A stretch of DNA of 64,000 bases from a virus (Duplodnaviria; Caudoviricetes): the IMG/VR virus record IMGVR_UViG_3300028844_006787; one strand, given 5' to 3'. Position numbers and translations under genes: made by a program. This document shows positions 1 to 9,871 of this stretch, in pieces. Positions within the stretch are counted from its first letter, which is position 1; the number at the start of each line of letters is the position of its first letter. Below the pieces are notes generated by a model. The model searched no databases. It saw only the letters and a program-made list of their open reading frames with translations, and was not told the origin of the DNA.

Positions 1-65
1 AAACGAGTAGCAATATTTTCTAGTTTTTTAATAACTGACTTTTGTGTTTCACTTTGAATAATCAT
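1..65 (-). CDS. Partial hypothetical protein (N-terminus MIIQSETQKSVIKKLENIATR, runs off window)
   Basis: ATG at 63-65, open frame to window edge, sigma70 promoter directly upstream. Confidence 0.6.
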   Translation of the reverse strand, partial: MIIQSETQKSVIKKLENIATR

Positions 66-73
66 AATATAAT

Positions 74-102
74 ATAATAAATTTAAAAAAAGGTCTTGTC
101 AA
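74..102 (-). promoter_or_regulatory. sigma70-type promoter TTGACA-17-TATTAT
   Basis: Near-consensus hexamers with 17 bp spacing. Confidence 0.7.
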
Positions 103-105
103 GAT

Positions 106-1266
106 TTATTCATAATCACGAAAAGCAATCGCATAAGGAAATCTTGGAATTCCATCGGGTGTTAATTCAAAGTATTTAATAGTTGCTTGTTTACCAATAT
201 ACTTTTCTTTGTTTTCAAGAATTTCCGCAAGATACTCATGCGTTCCTTTAATGTTACTATTGAAAATCTTACCTGTCGTTTCATCTTTGCAAACAAGATG
301 CTTTGCAGTTCCAATGCGATTTCCGTCACCTTCGTGAATATCAATTACAAGATACTCTGAATCAGTGAAGTCTTTTCGTTTAAGCAACAACTTGCTTCGT
401 TTGTTTTCATACGCACCATTCACACGAACAATTTGCCCTTCGTATCCGAATTCCATGTAAGTGTCGTAATGCTCATCAAGTTCTTTTTCACTTCCAACAA
501 TTGCAGTTTTAACAATTACGCAACTTTCTGTCTGTGGAAATTCACAACCAAAAAACCTTGTATGAAAATCATCAGTTTCTTTGAACACTCCGTTGCGTGG
601 AACATCATAAATCCAATACTGAATTTTAGATTTTGCTTCTGCAAGTGCTTCTGTGAACTTCTCTTGTTTCTTTGCGAAAGTTTTGTCGGTATCTTTTTCA
701 CTACGAACTGGTTTCATTTTACGAACCAACGAAATGATTTTGTTAAAGTCATTTTTATAGTCGTGATTATACAATTCACCATCAAGTATTGTATTTGGAT
801 TTTCATCAAACACAGGTTGCAACTCTGCTAAAATGTGAGGAACTGTATCAATGGGTTTTCCTTGACGAGACTTAGCAACCAATTCTCCGTCCTGCATATA
901 CACAATACAACGCACTCCGTCTAACTTTGGTTGTGAATACAAAGGATAATTTAACCCACTTACTCTATCTTCGTATTTCTGAGCAAGCATTGGGTTATAC
1001 AATGTAATTTTATCTACATCCTCAATGTTTTCCACATAACCTTTATCAAGATACTTGGTGTACTTTGCTTTTGCTTCTAGTATTGCTTGTTCAGTGGCAG
1101 TTGTTGCATTTGCACGACCTTCATTCTTGGGAGTCGTGGTAGTGGGTTTGTTAACGACAATTTTACCACCTACTTGTCCTTGTTCAGTCCAAAAGGTATT
1201 ATCTTTTACTCTGATCGTCCATTGACGAATTTTACCTGTTGTATCTAATTTATATAGAGTTTGCAT
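106..1266 (-). CDS. lig: ATP-dependent DNA ligase with N-terminal WGR-like extension
   Basis: KxDG motif QPKLDGVR, ILDGELY, YEGQIVR, KRSKLLLKRK, C-terminal GIPRFP. Confidence 0.95.
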   Translation of the reverse strand: MQTLYKLDTTGKIRQWTIRVKDNTFWTEQGQVGGKIVVNKPTTTTPKNEGRANATTATEQAILEAKAKYTKYLDKGYVENIEDVDKITLYNPMLAQKYEDRVSGLNYPLYSQPKLDGVRCIVYMQDGELVAKSRQGKPIDTVPHILAELQPVFDENPNTILDGELYNHDYKNDFNKIISLVRKMKPVRSEKDTDKTFAKKQEKFTEALAEAKSKIQYWIYDVPRNGVFKETDDFHTRFFGCEFPQTESCVIVKTAIVGSEKELDEHYDTYMEFGYEGQIVRVNGAYENKRSKLLLKRKDFTDSEYLVIDIHEGDGNRIGTAKHLVCKDETTGKIFNSNIKGTHEYLAEILENKEKYIGKQATIKYFELTPDGIPRFPYAIAFRDYE

Positions 1267-1435
1267 CTTTTTTATTATCTTTGTTTTTTACTATTTTGAA
1301 ATTGCTTGTTCCGACATTTTTAAAATGAACCTGATAACCATCATGCCATATTGTAATTTGGTCACCCTTTTTTAGTTCAATCGTTAAATTGCGTAGAACT
1401 CGGTGAAGTTTATTATTTGGTTTCGTTTGTGACAT
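1250..1435 (-). CDS. Hypothetical protein
   Basis: Overlaps neighbours in a co-oriented string. Confidence 0.55.
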   Translation of the reverse strand: MSQTKPNNKLHRVLRNLTIELKKGDQITIWHDGYQVHFKNVGTSNFKIVKNKDNKKDANSI

Positions 1436-1637
1436 TTATTATCTCCGTTTCCCAATATCTGCACGGGAGATATCCCAAGTCAGATTGTTTCCATTTGTTA
1501 ATCACCTCATGTGGGTATCCATTTTCAATTAACCATTCGGTAACATCCTTACCTTCAAGTTCGTTTGGTAGTATCTTTGGAAATCCATATTTCCACCCTC
1601 CATCAGGATCAATCATTGTTACTTTTTTCATAAACAT
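1413..1637 (-). CDS. Conserved phage hypothetical protein (IDPxxGWKYGFPK)
   Basis: Motif resembles small phage ORFs; co-oriented. Confidence 0.65.
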   Translation of the reverse strand: MFMKKVTMIDPDGGWKYGFPKILPNELEGKDVTEWLIENGYPHEVINKWKQSDLGYLPCRYWETEIINVTNETK

Positions 1638-1658
1638 ATTAAATCAAAATTTGTTTAC

Positions 1659-1997
1659 CTACGCAAGACCAAGTTTAATATCTTCTTTGTAATTTAGTAT
1701 ACCAAACAATGTTTGCCTACCTAGTGAAAACGAATTACTTTCGGCATTATGAAAAGTATTCTCTGTAATAAATTGCTCGGTATCAAGACACAGATTAGGA
1801 TACTCGTTTGCAGTCGCAATAGTTTCTTCTCCGTTTCTTGCTTGGTTTACATCAATTTCATACACAAGCAACTCTCCGTGGATTCTGTGGGCATTAGATG
1901 CCAACCAACGATAACAAGCACTTTTATCACCGTAAGAAGGGGATTTCGCAGTTTTACGAACTCCCTTAAAAGTTGCTTTGTAAAGTTTTTCAGACAT
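1659..1997 (-). CDS. Hypothetical protein, paralog of 1990..2373
   Basis: Shared KxY..F.G.R....SP....HR...L...EID pattern. Confidence 0.7.
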   Translation of the reverse strand: MSEKLYKATFKGVRKTAKSPSYGDKSACYRWLASNAHRIHGELLVYEIDVNQARNGEETIATANEYPNLCLDTEQFITENTFHNAESNSFSLGRQTLFGILNYKEDIKLGLA

Positions 1998-2373
1998 TTG
2001 CCATGTTGGTCAGATTAGCAATCTTGGTAAATGGAATACTAAACGCATTCATAGAATAAAAAGAGTTTTCTTCACGATCACTTTGACCGATTGAGTTGAA
2101 TACATACTCGTTAGGGTCTTCACCTTCAGTCATACGAAATCCTACTTTTGCAGTATCAATATAAAGTCGTTGTACAACTGCATTTTCGTTGTTAACAATT
2201 CTATCTAAATCAATTTCAAGAAGTTGTAAATCTTCAACAACACGATGACCTTCACGAACAACGTAGTTTGCGGCTGCTTGTTTAGTTTTAAAAATTGGTG
2301 AATTTACATGAGTTCTAGTTCCCCAAAACTGAACGATATATGCTTTTCGTGTTTCTACCATTTCCATTGTCAT
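1990..2373 (-). CDS. Hypothetical protein, paralog of 1659..1997
   Basis: First gene after conserved promoter; GAGAGA 7 nt before ATG. Confidence 0.75.
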   Translation of the reverse strand: MTMEMVETRKAYIVQFWGTRTHVNSPIFKTKQAAANYVVREGHRVVEDLQLLEIDLDRIVNNENAVVQRLYIDTAKVGFRMTEGEDPNEYVFNSIGQSDREENSFYSMNAFSIPFTKIANLTNMANV

Positions 2374-2406
2374 TTTTATTTCTCTCGTAATTTATCTTAT
2401 AGAAAT

Positions 2407-2435
2407 ACCCTACCAAAATTATTATAATAAGTCAA
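2407..2435 (-). promoter_or_regulatory. Conserved-spacer early-type promoter copy 1 (TTGACT-17-TAGGGT)
   Basis: Member of 16-copy repeat. Confidence 0.8.
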
Positions 2436-2438
2436 GTA

Positions 2439-2627
2439 TTATTTGCGTTTAAGTTTACTTCTAATGGAATTTAGTTCTTTAAAATTATTGGATATAATCA
2501 AAATCAATGATTCAGCAACTTTATAGTGATTTTGTGCAATTGCGTTTTGTAATCTGTAATTAGATAACTGAATTATATTCTTTAACTGCCGAATACGTTG
2601 TCGTGCTTGCGTTTTGTTTCTATTCAT
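2439..2627 (-). CDS. Hypothetical basic protein
   Basis: TAATG-coupled to upstream ORF. Confidence 0.6.
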   Translation of the reverse strand: MNRNKTQARQRIRQLKNIIQLSNYRLQNAIAQNHYKVAESLILIISNNFKELNSIRSKLKRK

Positions 2628-2851
2628 TACTTAATAGTTTTGTATTTGCGTTTTCCACCATAATAGTATTCAGTTTGAATATTGGTGAAATTCATATCAT
2701 CGGCAATTCTAAGAGCAAGTGCTTCTGCTTCTTTGCGAGTATAACCAAACAAAGCATTATCGTTTGCGTCATACATAAGTCCTTTGTTTTCGTTGGTAAG
2801 AACCCAAGTGGAACTTCCTGTTTGAACGAAATGTTTGATAGTTACATTCAT
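2627..2851 (-). CDS. Hypothetical protein
   Basis: TAATG-coupled on both sides. Confidence 0.65.
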   Translation of the reverse strand: MNVTIKHFVQTGSSTWVLTNENKGLMYDANDNALFGYTRKEAEALALRIADDMNFTNIQTEYYYGGKRKYKTIK

Positions 2852-3072
2852 TAATTATTGATTGCAGTAAATCCAACCGACTCAAGAATATCACGAACTC
2901 GTTCACGATCAAATGAATCACCAACAAACTCAACATCAGTTCGTCTTGCAACTAAATTACAAGCATGAACAAAGTCAAGATGAGATACATTTTTCAAAGG
3001 ATAAATCGCATCATCTCCAAAATAGAAACCCTTGCAATAATTAATAAACTCATTTAATATTTTTTCACTCAT
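2851..3072 (-). CDS. Hypothetical protein (probable start MSEK; alternative ATG at 3087)
   Basis: Follows conserved promoter and GAGAGA leader. Confidence 0.7.
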   Translation of the reverse strand: MSEKILNEFINYCKGFYFGDDAIYPLKNVSHLDFVHACNLVARRTDVEFVGDSFDRERVRDILESVGFTAINN

Positions 3073-3096
3073 ATTTGTTTCTCTCATTATTTGTAT

Positions 3097-3125
3097 AGAT
3101 TACCAAAAATATTATAAAAAGTCAA
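3097..3125 (-). promoter_or_regulatory. Conserved-spacer promoter copy 2 (TTGACT-17-TAATCT)
   Basis: Member of 16-copy repeat. Confidence 0.85.
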
Positions 3126-3388
3126 GCATTAAATTCCTCAACATTTCTTAATTCAAGGATTTTTTCCAACTTGTTTCCATCGGGTTCTGTATTCAATTCA
3201 AGTATCCAATTCTTGGTTCCTGTGATAGGTTCAAATGACTCATCCCAATATTCTTGAACAAATCCAAGTGAATCTGCTTCAAGTATTTTAAATATTCTAA
3301 CATATGATCCATGATACTGATTGTTGTACCTTACGGTTCTTGGTTTGTGATTTTTAATTAGTAGTTTCATATGTGATTTAGAATCCAA
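3122..3388 (-). CDS. Hypothetical protein
   Basis: Co-oriented ORF; true start may be ATG at 3370. Confidence 0.6.
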   Translation of the reverse strand: MDSKSHMKLLIKNHKPRTVRYNNQYHGSYVRIFKILEADSLGFVQEYWDESFEPITGTKNWILELNTEPDGNKLEKILELRNVEEFNA

Positions 3389-3687
3389 TCTACGATGTCG
3401 TAGTTGCTACGATATGCTTCTGCACTATTGTGATGTGTTATGTGACCATCGTTACCACGAATCGTAAGAATAGTAGCAGAACGAGTTGCTCCATCAATGC
3501 AGTATCTACCGGTGCGTGTGCTTGATGTGTGGTAACTACTGCGAACGTTGGCAGTATATCCATCAATAAACTCATTGATGATACTCGCAAGAGTTTTAAG
3601 TCTTGGACATCTTATCGTTTTGGTGGAATCCCATTTTTGGGAACGAGCAGAATTTAATTTTTTTAATACTTCATCTCTCTCAAGCAT
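3367..3687 (-). CDS. Hypothetical protein
   Basis: ATG at 3687 downstream of promoter copy 3. Confidence 0.65.
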   Translation of the reverse strand: MLERDEVLKKLNSARSQKWDSTKTIRCPRLKTLASIINEFIDGYTANVRSSYHTSSTRTGRYCIDGATRSATILTIRGNDGHITHHNSAEAYRSNYDIVDWILNHI

Positions 3688-3693
3688 ACCTAT

Positions 3694-3722
3694 ATTCAAT
3701 CATAGATATTATAAAAAGTCAA
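3694..3722 (-). promoter_or_regulatory. Conserved-spacer promoter copy 3 (degenerate -10)
   Basis: TTGACTTTTTATAATA conserved, remainder diverged. Confidence 0.55.
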
Positions 3723-3961
3723 GCAATTAAAGCAGTCTTCTGATTATTTTCTTCTATTATTTCCACCGAATTCGCAAATCCACGCATAACGCAATGTGGT
3801 TGCGATTTCTGAGTATGAGATTCTATCGGTACATTTATCTTCAAATGATTTACAGGTATACAAGAGTTCTTCCAATGCACCGTTAGTACATTGCGATTTT
3901 GTTTACGACTTTCAGGTTTATTATAGTGAAAGAAAAATCTTTTAGGTTTCTTCGTTTCCAT
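3719..3961 (-). CDS. Conserved phage hypothetical protein (FFFHYNKP...QPHCVMRG)
   Basis: Motif resembles small phage ORF family. Confidence 0.65.
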   Translation of the reverse strand: METKKPKRFFFHYNKPESRKQNRNVLTVHWKNSCIPVNHLKINVPIESHTQKSQPHCVMRGFANSVEIIEENNQKTALIA

Positions 3962-4203
3962 CGTTATTTAAAGTCGGCAAATATTCAGGTAGTTGCTCGT
4001 CTAATAGTTTTTTGACTTTCTTTAAATCTTCGTGTTTTAACATTCTAGAAAGTGAATCTTCATTGAGATTATTCACAACTCTTAGTGCATTTGAGACTTC
4101 TATATATAAATTCATTACTAAATAACCATAAATTTAATTTTGTATTTTGTCAAATTTAATTTTAATAAGTGCTTCTTTAAAAGTTTGTATTGCCACGAAG
4201 TCA

Positions 4204-4959
4204 TCATAATTTATTTTTATTATAAAATTCATATCCTTTTATCAAATACTTCCTAAGAGGTTTGTATTCCCACGGAAACTTGGGAGGATTCTGAATATCC
4301 CAAATAACCTCGTTTGGATTAATACTTGCAGCCAAGAAACCGAATCCTTTGTATCCAGCAACATAACATTTGGCAGTTGCAAGACTAATGAAATCTTCAT
4401 CTACACCCCTAGATACAAATTTACAAGTAAGATTCAGTTCCTCTATTTTATTTTTTAATGTTTCTAAATAATTATTTGATTTATCAATGAGATCAGTTTT
4501 AATAAAACTTTTATGATTTCCATAAAATAACAAGCAATTTTTAAATCGTGTGTGAAGATTATATTTTTTTATTATTTTTATAAAAGTATCCAAATCAGGA
4601 GTACCTTTTTGGTTTATTGCATCAAAGACTCTAATATGAATAGCAAAAGTATCTTCATCTGCGATCCGTGAGCATCTTTTTTTAACAATATCAAGTAAGC
4701 ATTTGTAGTCAATTTCACACGGGTCTACTTCAAATGTTTTCGCACATTTTAGTGGATTGGAGATATTTGGATATTGCTCTGACAATTGTTTGTGCCACCC
4801 TTTAAAAAATCTTTTTTTATGAGGTAAGATGTAGTATGGAGGACCTTGTTTGACTAGGTATTCATATCCTATTGTGCCTTTCAAGTTTAAGTTGAGTCCA
4901 TGAATTTGTTTAAATCTTATCATATCACCTAAATTATACATATCATTCTCCAAATTCAT
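4204..4959 (-). CDS. Putative glycosyltransferase (fucosyltransferase-like)
   Basis: AIHIRxxD and DEDF..L motifs similar to GT11-type enzymes; glycan cluster context. Confidence 0.55.
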   Translation of the reverse strand: MNLENDMYNLGDMIRFKQIHGLNLNLKGTIGYEYLVKQGPPYYILPHKKRFFKGWHKQLSEQYPNISNPLKCAKTFEVDPCEIDYKCLLDIVKKRCSRIADEDTFAIHIRVFDAINQKGTPDLDTFIKIIKKYNLHTRFKNCLLFYGNHKSFIKTDLIDKSNNYLETLKNKIEELNLTCKFVSRGVDEDFISLATAKCYVAGYKGFGFLAASINPNEVIWDIQNPPKFPWEYKPLRKYLIKGYEFYNKNKL

Positions 4960-5636
4960 GCACCTTTTAAAAATTTATTGACATTGTATCTGCTATGTAA
5001 AATTATACTATTCTCGTCAATATCATTTCTCCAATTAAAAGTTTTTTTTATTTTTTGGAATTTAATTTTCATCGTATACAAACAATATCTAAATGCTCCT
5101 TGGTCAAGATGATTTTCGTAATTTTTAACAAAAAAGTTTAACCATCGTTTCATCAATCTTAATACTGTTTCGTTGGTATTTAAATATAATACTCCTGTGT
5201 TTAATTCCGTAAAATTTTTTGGTATTTTAACAAATTTACCAATGGAATCTATCTCACGTGAACTTGGACCGTATGGTACATTTGCTTGAACTCCTACTAC
5301 ATCAAATTCAGTCAGCATATCAAACGGAATCATAAAATCGTTTTTTAATATCACTGCGTCACTATCAATAAACAAAATCTTTTCATATTTTTTGTTTTTT
5401 AACAAAGTAATGATTCCATGTATTTTATATGCATGACCCTTTTTCTTTGAATAATTATTTGCCTCAACAACGACATCGTCAAATACTTTTTCTTTATTTT
5501 TATACTCAGCATCTGTATGCAATATCAGATCGCATTGTTTAGGAATAAATTGTTTGGAATACGTCGCACAACGCTCTGCTAAGTTGACGAACCCACGACC
5601 ATGTGCTGAATATAATATACAAATCTTTTTTTTCAT
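4956..5636 (-). CDS. GT-A nucleotide-diphospho-sugar transferase (GT8/GT77-like)
   Basis: LFIDSDA (DxD), LNTGV, DQGAF motifs. Confidence 0.8.
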   Translation of the reverse strand: MKKKICILYSAHGRGFVNLAERCATYSKQFIPKQCDLILHTDAEYKNKEKVFDDVVVEANNYSKKKGHAYKIHGIITLLKNKKYEKILFIDSDAVILKNDFMIPFDMLTEFDVVGVQANVPYGPSSREIDSIGKFVKIPKNFTELNTGVLYLNTNETVLRLMKRWLNFFVKNYENHLDQGAFRYCLYTMKIKFQKIKKTFNWRNDIDENSIILHSRYNVNKFLKGA

Positions 5637-5779
5637 ATTTTATTTTTTGTTAATTAAAAATTTAGTTTATATAAAAATAGCAAAACGATTTTCGTAAATA
5701 GCATGATCTACATCCCCATAGATAAATATTTAGGAACGGAGTTTTTTTATAAAAAAGAAGCTTCCTTATATTTATATCA

Positions 5780-6619
5780 ATGAGAAGTGAAGATGTCACA
5801 ATCACACTACCTAATAATGGTTTTTTTGCGAATTGTGCTCGTAGACTCATTTATATTATTGAATACTTTAACATAGCAAAAAAACTACCGAATAATGTTT
5901 TTGGCAAAACACAATTTAAAAGATTTAAAGATAGTCCCGAATTAGTAAATAAAGATATTACATTTAAGTATTTTACTCACTACAATGAAATAAAAACTGA
6001 TATTAAATTTAGTGAAGATATTGTATTCAATCACCGAACACAGTGGAACGATTATGATGAAATTAATTTTAATTTACTTTACCCATTCATTAAAAAATAC
6101 TTTTCATTGTCAACGGAGATATATAACGAATACAAAAAACTTCAGAATGAATATGCAATAGATTTTAAAAACACTTGTGTATTATTATACCGAGGCAATG
6201 ACAAAAAACGTGAAACAAACATCTGTTCGTATGAAGATTTTTTATCAAGAGCAAACGAAATTTATATGAAAAATAATAATGTTAAATTTTTGCTTCAAAG
6301 TGATGAAACTGAGTTTATTGATTTTTTCTCAGAAAAGTTTCCAAATAATAGTTTTTACTTTAAAGATAAAATTAGACACATCTCAAAATCAGACAAAAAA
6401 AATAATGTCGAACGAAATAATCCAGTTGGTTCTAATTTTATTTTTTCAAAATATTATTTAGCAATTACGTATCTTATGTCAAAATGTAAATATATGATAT
6501 GTCAAAGTGGCAACACTTCATTGTGGGTTCTTTTTTACAGAAATCATTTGAAAAATTTGTATGTTTTTTACGGAAGATACAACGGAGACCGTAAAATTCA
6601 GTTATGGAAAAAATATTAG
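5780..6619 (+). CDS. Putative O-fucosyltransferase (NodZ/GT23-like)
   Basis: GFF N-terminal motif, YRGNDK, LQSDE, MSKCKYMICQSGN; ATATTTATA directly upstream. Confidence 0.7.
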   Translation: MRSEDVTITLPNNGFFANCARRLIYIIEYFNIAKKLPNNVFGKTQFKRFKDSPELVNKDITFKYFTHYNEIKTDIKFSEDIVFNHRTQWNDYDEINFNLLYPFIKKYFSLSTEIYNEYKKLQNEYAIDFKNTCVLLYRGNDKKRETNICSYEDFLSRANEIYMKNNNVKFLLQSDETEFIDFFSEKFPNNSFYFKDKIRHISKSDKKNNVERNNPVGSNFIFSKYYLAITYLMSKCKYMICQSGNTSLWVLFYRNHLKNLYVFYGRYNGDRKIQLWKKY

Positions 6620-6654
6620 TATTTTTTAATAATGTTTGAGTATATCATAAAAAT

Positions 6655-7359
6655 CTATTTTTTTATAACAAGAAGCTTTCCTGTATTTGGTGCTTTGTGC
6701 CTCATGCAGGAAGTAAAAAACATAACATAACTAGCTTCTTTTTTTATTTTCTTCATCATTTCTACTGAAAGTAAATCGCTTCCGATATAACGATGTCCAT
6801 TATTAAAATATTCATTAAAGAGATCGAAGGTTTTTGGTTGATTGGGCACACCAAAGTTTATATTGCCTGGTTGCCAATGAAGATCTTCCACAATAAATAA
6901 ACCTCCTTGAGATAATTTTTCCCATAAATGTTTGATTGCGTTTTGCTGATGATAGGAGTTATGAGAGCCATCTTCTAGAATAATGTCATAGCTACTTCTA
7001 AAATCTGAAAGTCTTTGCATATCCTTATCTGAACCACTATCCCCCATAATGAAATCAAATTTTTCGTTTACTTGATGAGAAAAGTCTGAAATGTCAAATC
7101 CGACGAGATCAACCTCCCCAAAATATTCTTGCCACATCTGAACGGAGGGAGAATCTCCTCTTTTTGTTCCTCCAGGATTGCCGTGTTCGGGTCCACCTAT
7201 TTTTAGTCCAATTTCAAGAAAAGTGGGATTTTTGTCTCTAAATGGCCTGAGGAGGTCATCATAAAGCAAAGTGTAACCATGCTTACCTCTAAAAGTAGTA
7301 CCTTTATCGGAGATATATTTATTTGCTAATTGAGTTAAATTGAGTTTACATTCGTTCAT
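6655..7359 (-). CDS. SAM-dependent sugar O-methyltransferase (MycE/TylE-like)
   Basis: SDKG..HGYT..Y, FLEIG, DIILEDGSH, GGLFIVEDL. Confidence 0.8.
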   Translation of the reverse strand: MNECKLNLTQLANKYISDKGTTFRGKHGYTLLYDDLLRPFRDKNPTFLEIGLKIGGPEHGNPGGTKRGDSPSVQMWQEYFGEVDLVGFDISDFSHQVNEKFDFIMGDSGSDKDMQRLSDFRSSYDIILEDGSHNSYHQQNAIKHLWEKLSQGGLFIVEDLHWQPGNINFGVPNQPKTFDLFNEYFNNGHRYIGSDLLSVEMMKKIKKEASYVMFFTSCMRHKAPNTGKLLVIKK

Positions 7360-7368
7360 ATTGATATT

Positions 7369-7962
7369 TTATTCTCCGAATTTATAACCAAAATACTCAA
7401 TGTCTTTTGCGTATTTTTCCGCAACGATTTGTTTTGTTTCGTCATCATAGTATTCGGTATAATGTTTGTGTTTTGTTGCATTTTCGTGTGGAAGTTTTTG
7501 ATGTGGAATTCCAATTTTATCACACACAATATTAAAGTCTTCTTGGAGATTTTCAAAACGACCAATGAAATCAACTCCTATATTATCGTATTCGTCAGTA
7601 ATCCAATCAAGTTGATTAAAGTAACTAAGTTTATCATCATCAGTTTTAATCATGCTTAAATATTTTTTAAAAGATAAATACTCACAATTATTTCGTGTAG
7701 CAAATTTATACGCAGATACACTTCTATCATAAGGATTTCTTACAAATGTAAATTTGAAATAATCAAAGGGATTTCCGTTGCATTGTGAAAATAAGTTAAT
7801 TTGTCGTTTATTACTGAATCCATCGTACGGTAAAATTTTATGAAGCATTTCATGTTGTTGATCATCTTCACTATCGGAATATTTTTGCAATGCAGTTTCA
7901 ATACTTGTTCCTGCAGTTTTATTTATATGCACGAAAATAAATTTATGTGAATGACTTATCAT
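7369..7962 (-). CDS. Sulfotransferase family 2
   Basis: FIFVHINKTAGTSI (PAPS 5'-loop), FVRNPYDRSVSAY, GRFENLQEDF. Confidence 0.9.
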   Translation of the reverse strand: MISHSHKFIFVHINKTAGTSIETALQKYSDSEDDQQHEMLHKILPYDGFSNKRQINLFSQCNGNPFDYFKFTFVRNPYDRSVSAYKFATRNNCEYLSFKKYLSMIKTDDDKLSYFNQLDWITDEYDNIGVDFIGRFENLQEDFNIVCDKIGIPHQKLPHENATKHKHYTEYYDDETKQIVAEKYAKDIEYFGYKFGE

Positions 7963-7982
7963 AATATTAATATAAATATTAT

Positions 7983-9737
7983 TTAGAACGAATAATGCTT
8001 TTTATCAAACCACGTTTTCCACATCTTGATTACTTTCATACTTTCACAATTACAATGCTTAGTAATTTCTCCGACTCCTTGAATGATTGTATGATTACCA
8101 CACCAAACATCTCCTTCAACGACCAAGTCCAAAAATTTTCCATTGTCGTATCCAATTGTAATCATTCGTGATGTTTTACCAAACTTTCGTAAAGTACGAC
8201 TATTAGCAATTATACCACGAAACATATAAACATTCGGTTCATCTTCGTATGATTCAAGAAAACATCCAGGTAAAAACTCTTCACCTGTCCACCATCCTTG
8301 TTTAAGAAATTGATCTTTGCTACTCATAAAATGGTTTTTGTTCGGAACAAATACACCTGCTACTTGTGCTTCACGAATATGAACCCATTTACGATAACTG
8401 CTTTGATTGTTTTTCAAAGTGCTTTCCCAAAACTTTTCTGCGTGATAATGTTTGTTGTATGCTAATGCCCATACAAGTTGACCATACGCAAGAGCATGAC
8501 CTTTGCAAAACGAGTATTTATCTAGTTCATTAAGTTGATTATATTGTGTTTTGTCGTTGAATGTTCCTGATGTATTGGTAAGCATATTTGCATCGTAGGT
8601 TTTTTGAAACTCTTCTATGCGTGTTATTTCGTTTCGTTTGAATGCTCTGCGATAAGCATCAGCAGTTCCATAATCACATCCAAGAACTTCCGCAATATAA
8701 TAAATGCTATCATCGTCATATATCAACATACGATTTTTATTACCAGATGTATAATCTTCAAAGTAATTCTTTTTGCGTTTGTTATCAGCAGCCGCAGGAC
8801 GAATTATAGCAAGACACAATGCAAGGTCTTTGTAACTTTTAGGTTGAATTGCCATAACGCATTTACGCATCGTTCTTGATTCTGCTTGTGTTAATCCAAT
8901 AACATCTCCGTTTCTGAATAACTCTTCTACATTTTCATCGTTAACAGGATATTCGTGTACTAATTTTTTATCTATATCCCACAACTGACTTAATCCACGG
9001 TTACAAAGCAAATCTATTTTAATTAAATTTTGTTTCTCTACATCGTATTTTGTAAGTTTGATTTGATTGTCTTTGAGAATATCCTTTTCAGGCACTTTAT
9101 CATCATATACAATGATTCCACCACAATGCAAAGACCAATGACAATGTTCTCCGATCAATTTATCTGCTTCTGCATAAATCTTGGCAACATCATTTGGATC
9201 AAGAAAATAATGCTCCACTTTAAAATTTTTCGGAAGTTGTTTACGAAATCCGTATTTACGCATTACTTCTCGCAACGCAGTTTTCTCGGAATACTTTACA
9301 TCGTTGCTGATTCTTGCAACACGATTCGGATACTTTTCATATAAATGCTTTAATATTTCATCACGATAATAATGTGGAACATCTAAATCAATATCAGGTT
9401 GATCGTCACGATGAAAATTCATAAATCGTGCTAATGCCATATTCTCTTTCACAGGATCAATAGATGTAATACCAAGCAAATAACAAACTAAACTACAAGC
9501 ACCACTTCCACGCAAAACGTGCGGAATATTCTGTGAACGCATATAACCAACAATATAAGTTACTTGCTCGAAGCATTGAATAAAGTTCTTTTGCTGAATA
9601 ATATCAAATTCTTCACACAAACGATTTTCGTAAGTTTCGTCCCACTTTACTTCATTTACAAAATGCTCACACAAAGCACGAATATGTTCATCGTAATTCT
9701 CTACACAAGAATTTACAGTTTTAGGAAGAATAAGCAT
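7983..9737 (-). CDS. dnaE: Compact DNA polymerase III alpha subunit lacking PHP domain
   Basis: RGSGACSLVCYLLGIT, PDIDLD, HCGG, KIDLL, YSFCKGHALAY family C motifs in only 584 aa. Confidence 0.9.
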   Translation of the reverse strand: MLILPKTVNSCVENYDEHIRALCEHFVNEVKWDETYENRLCEEFDIIQQKNFIQCFEQVTYIVGYMRSQNIPHVLRGSGACSLVCYLLGITSIDPVKENMALARFMNFHRDDQPDIDLDVPHYYRDEILKHLYEKYPNRVARISNDVKYSEKTALREVMRKYGFRKQLPKNFKVEHYFLDPNDVAKIYAEADKLIGEHCHWSLHCGGIIVYDDKVPEKDILKDNQIKLTKYDVEKQNLIKIDLLCNRGLSQLWDIDKKLVHEYPVNDENVEELFRNGDVIGLTQAESRTMRKCVMAIQPKSYKDLALCLAIIRPAAADNKRKKNYFEDYTSGNKNRMLIYDDDSIYYIAEVLGCDYGTADAYRRAFKRNEITRIEEFQKTYDANMLTNTSGTFNDKTQYNQLNELDKYSFCKGHALAYGQLVWALAYNKHYHAEKFWESTLKNNQSSYRKWVHIREAQVAGVFVPNKNHFMSSKDQFLKQGWWTGEEFLPGCFLESYEDEPNVYMFRGIIANSRTLRKFGKTSRMITIGYDNGKFLDLVVEGDVWCGNHTIIQGVGEITKHCNCESMKVIKMWKTWFDKKHYSF

Positions 9738-9784
9738 AAAAATAACATTTTAACAAATTCTATTTAATTTATCAACACCTTTAT

Positions 9785-9822
9785 AAACAAAATGTACCCC
9801 AGACCATAAGGAAAGGGGTACA
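9785..9822 (-). terminator. Intrinsic terminator after 9872..10105
   Basis: TGTACCCC/GGGGTACA stem followed by T-rich run on minus strand. Confidence 0.6.
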
Positions 9823-9871
9823 AAACTACAGCCGGATTAAATTAATAACCAGACATATTCGTTGACTAATG

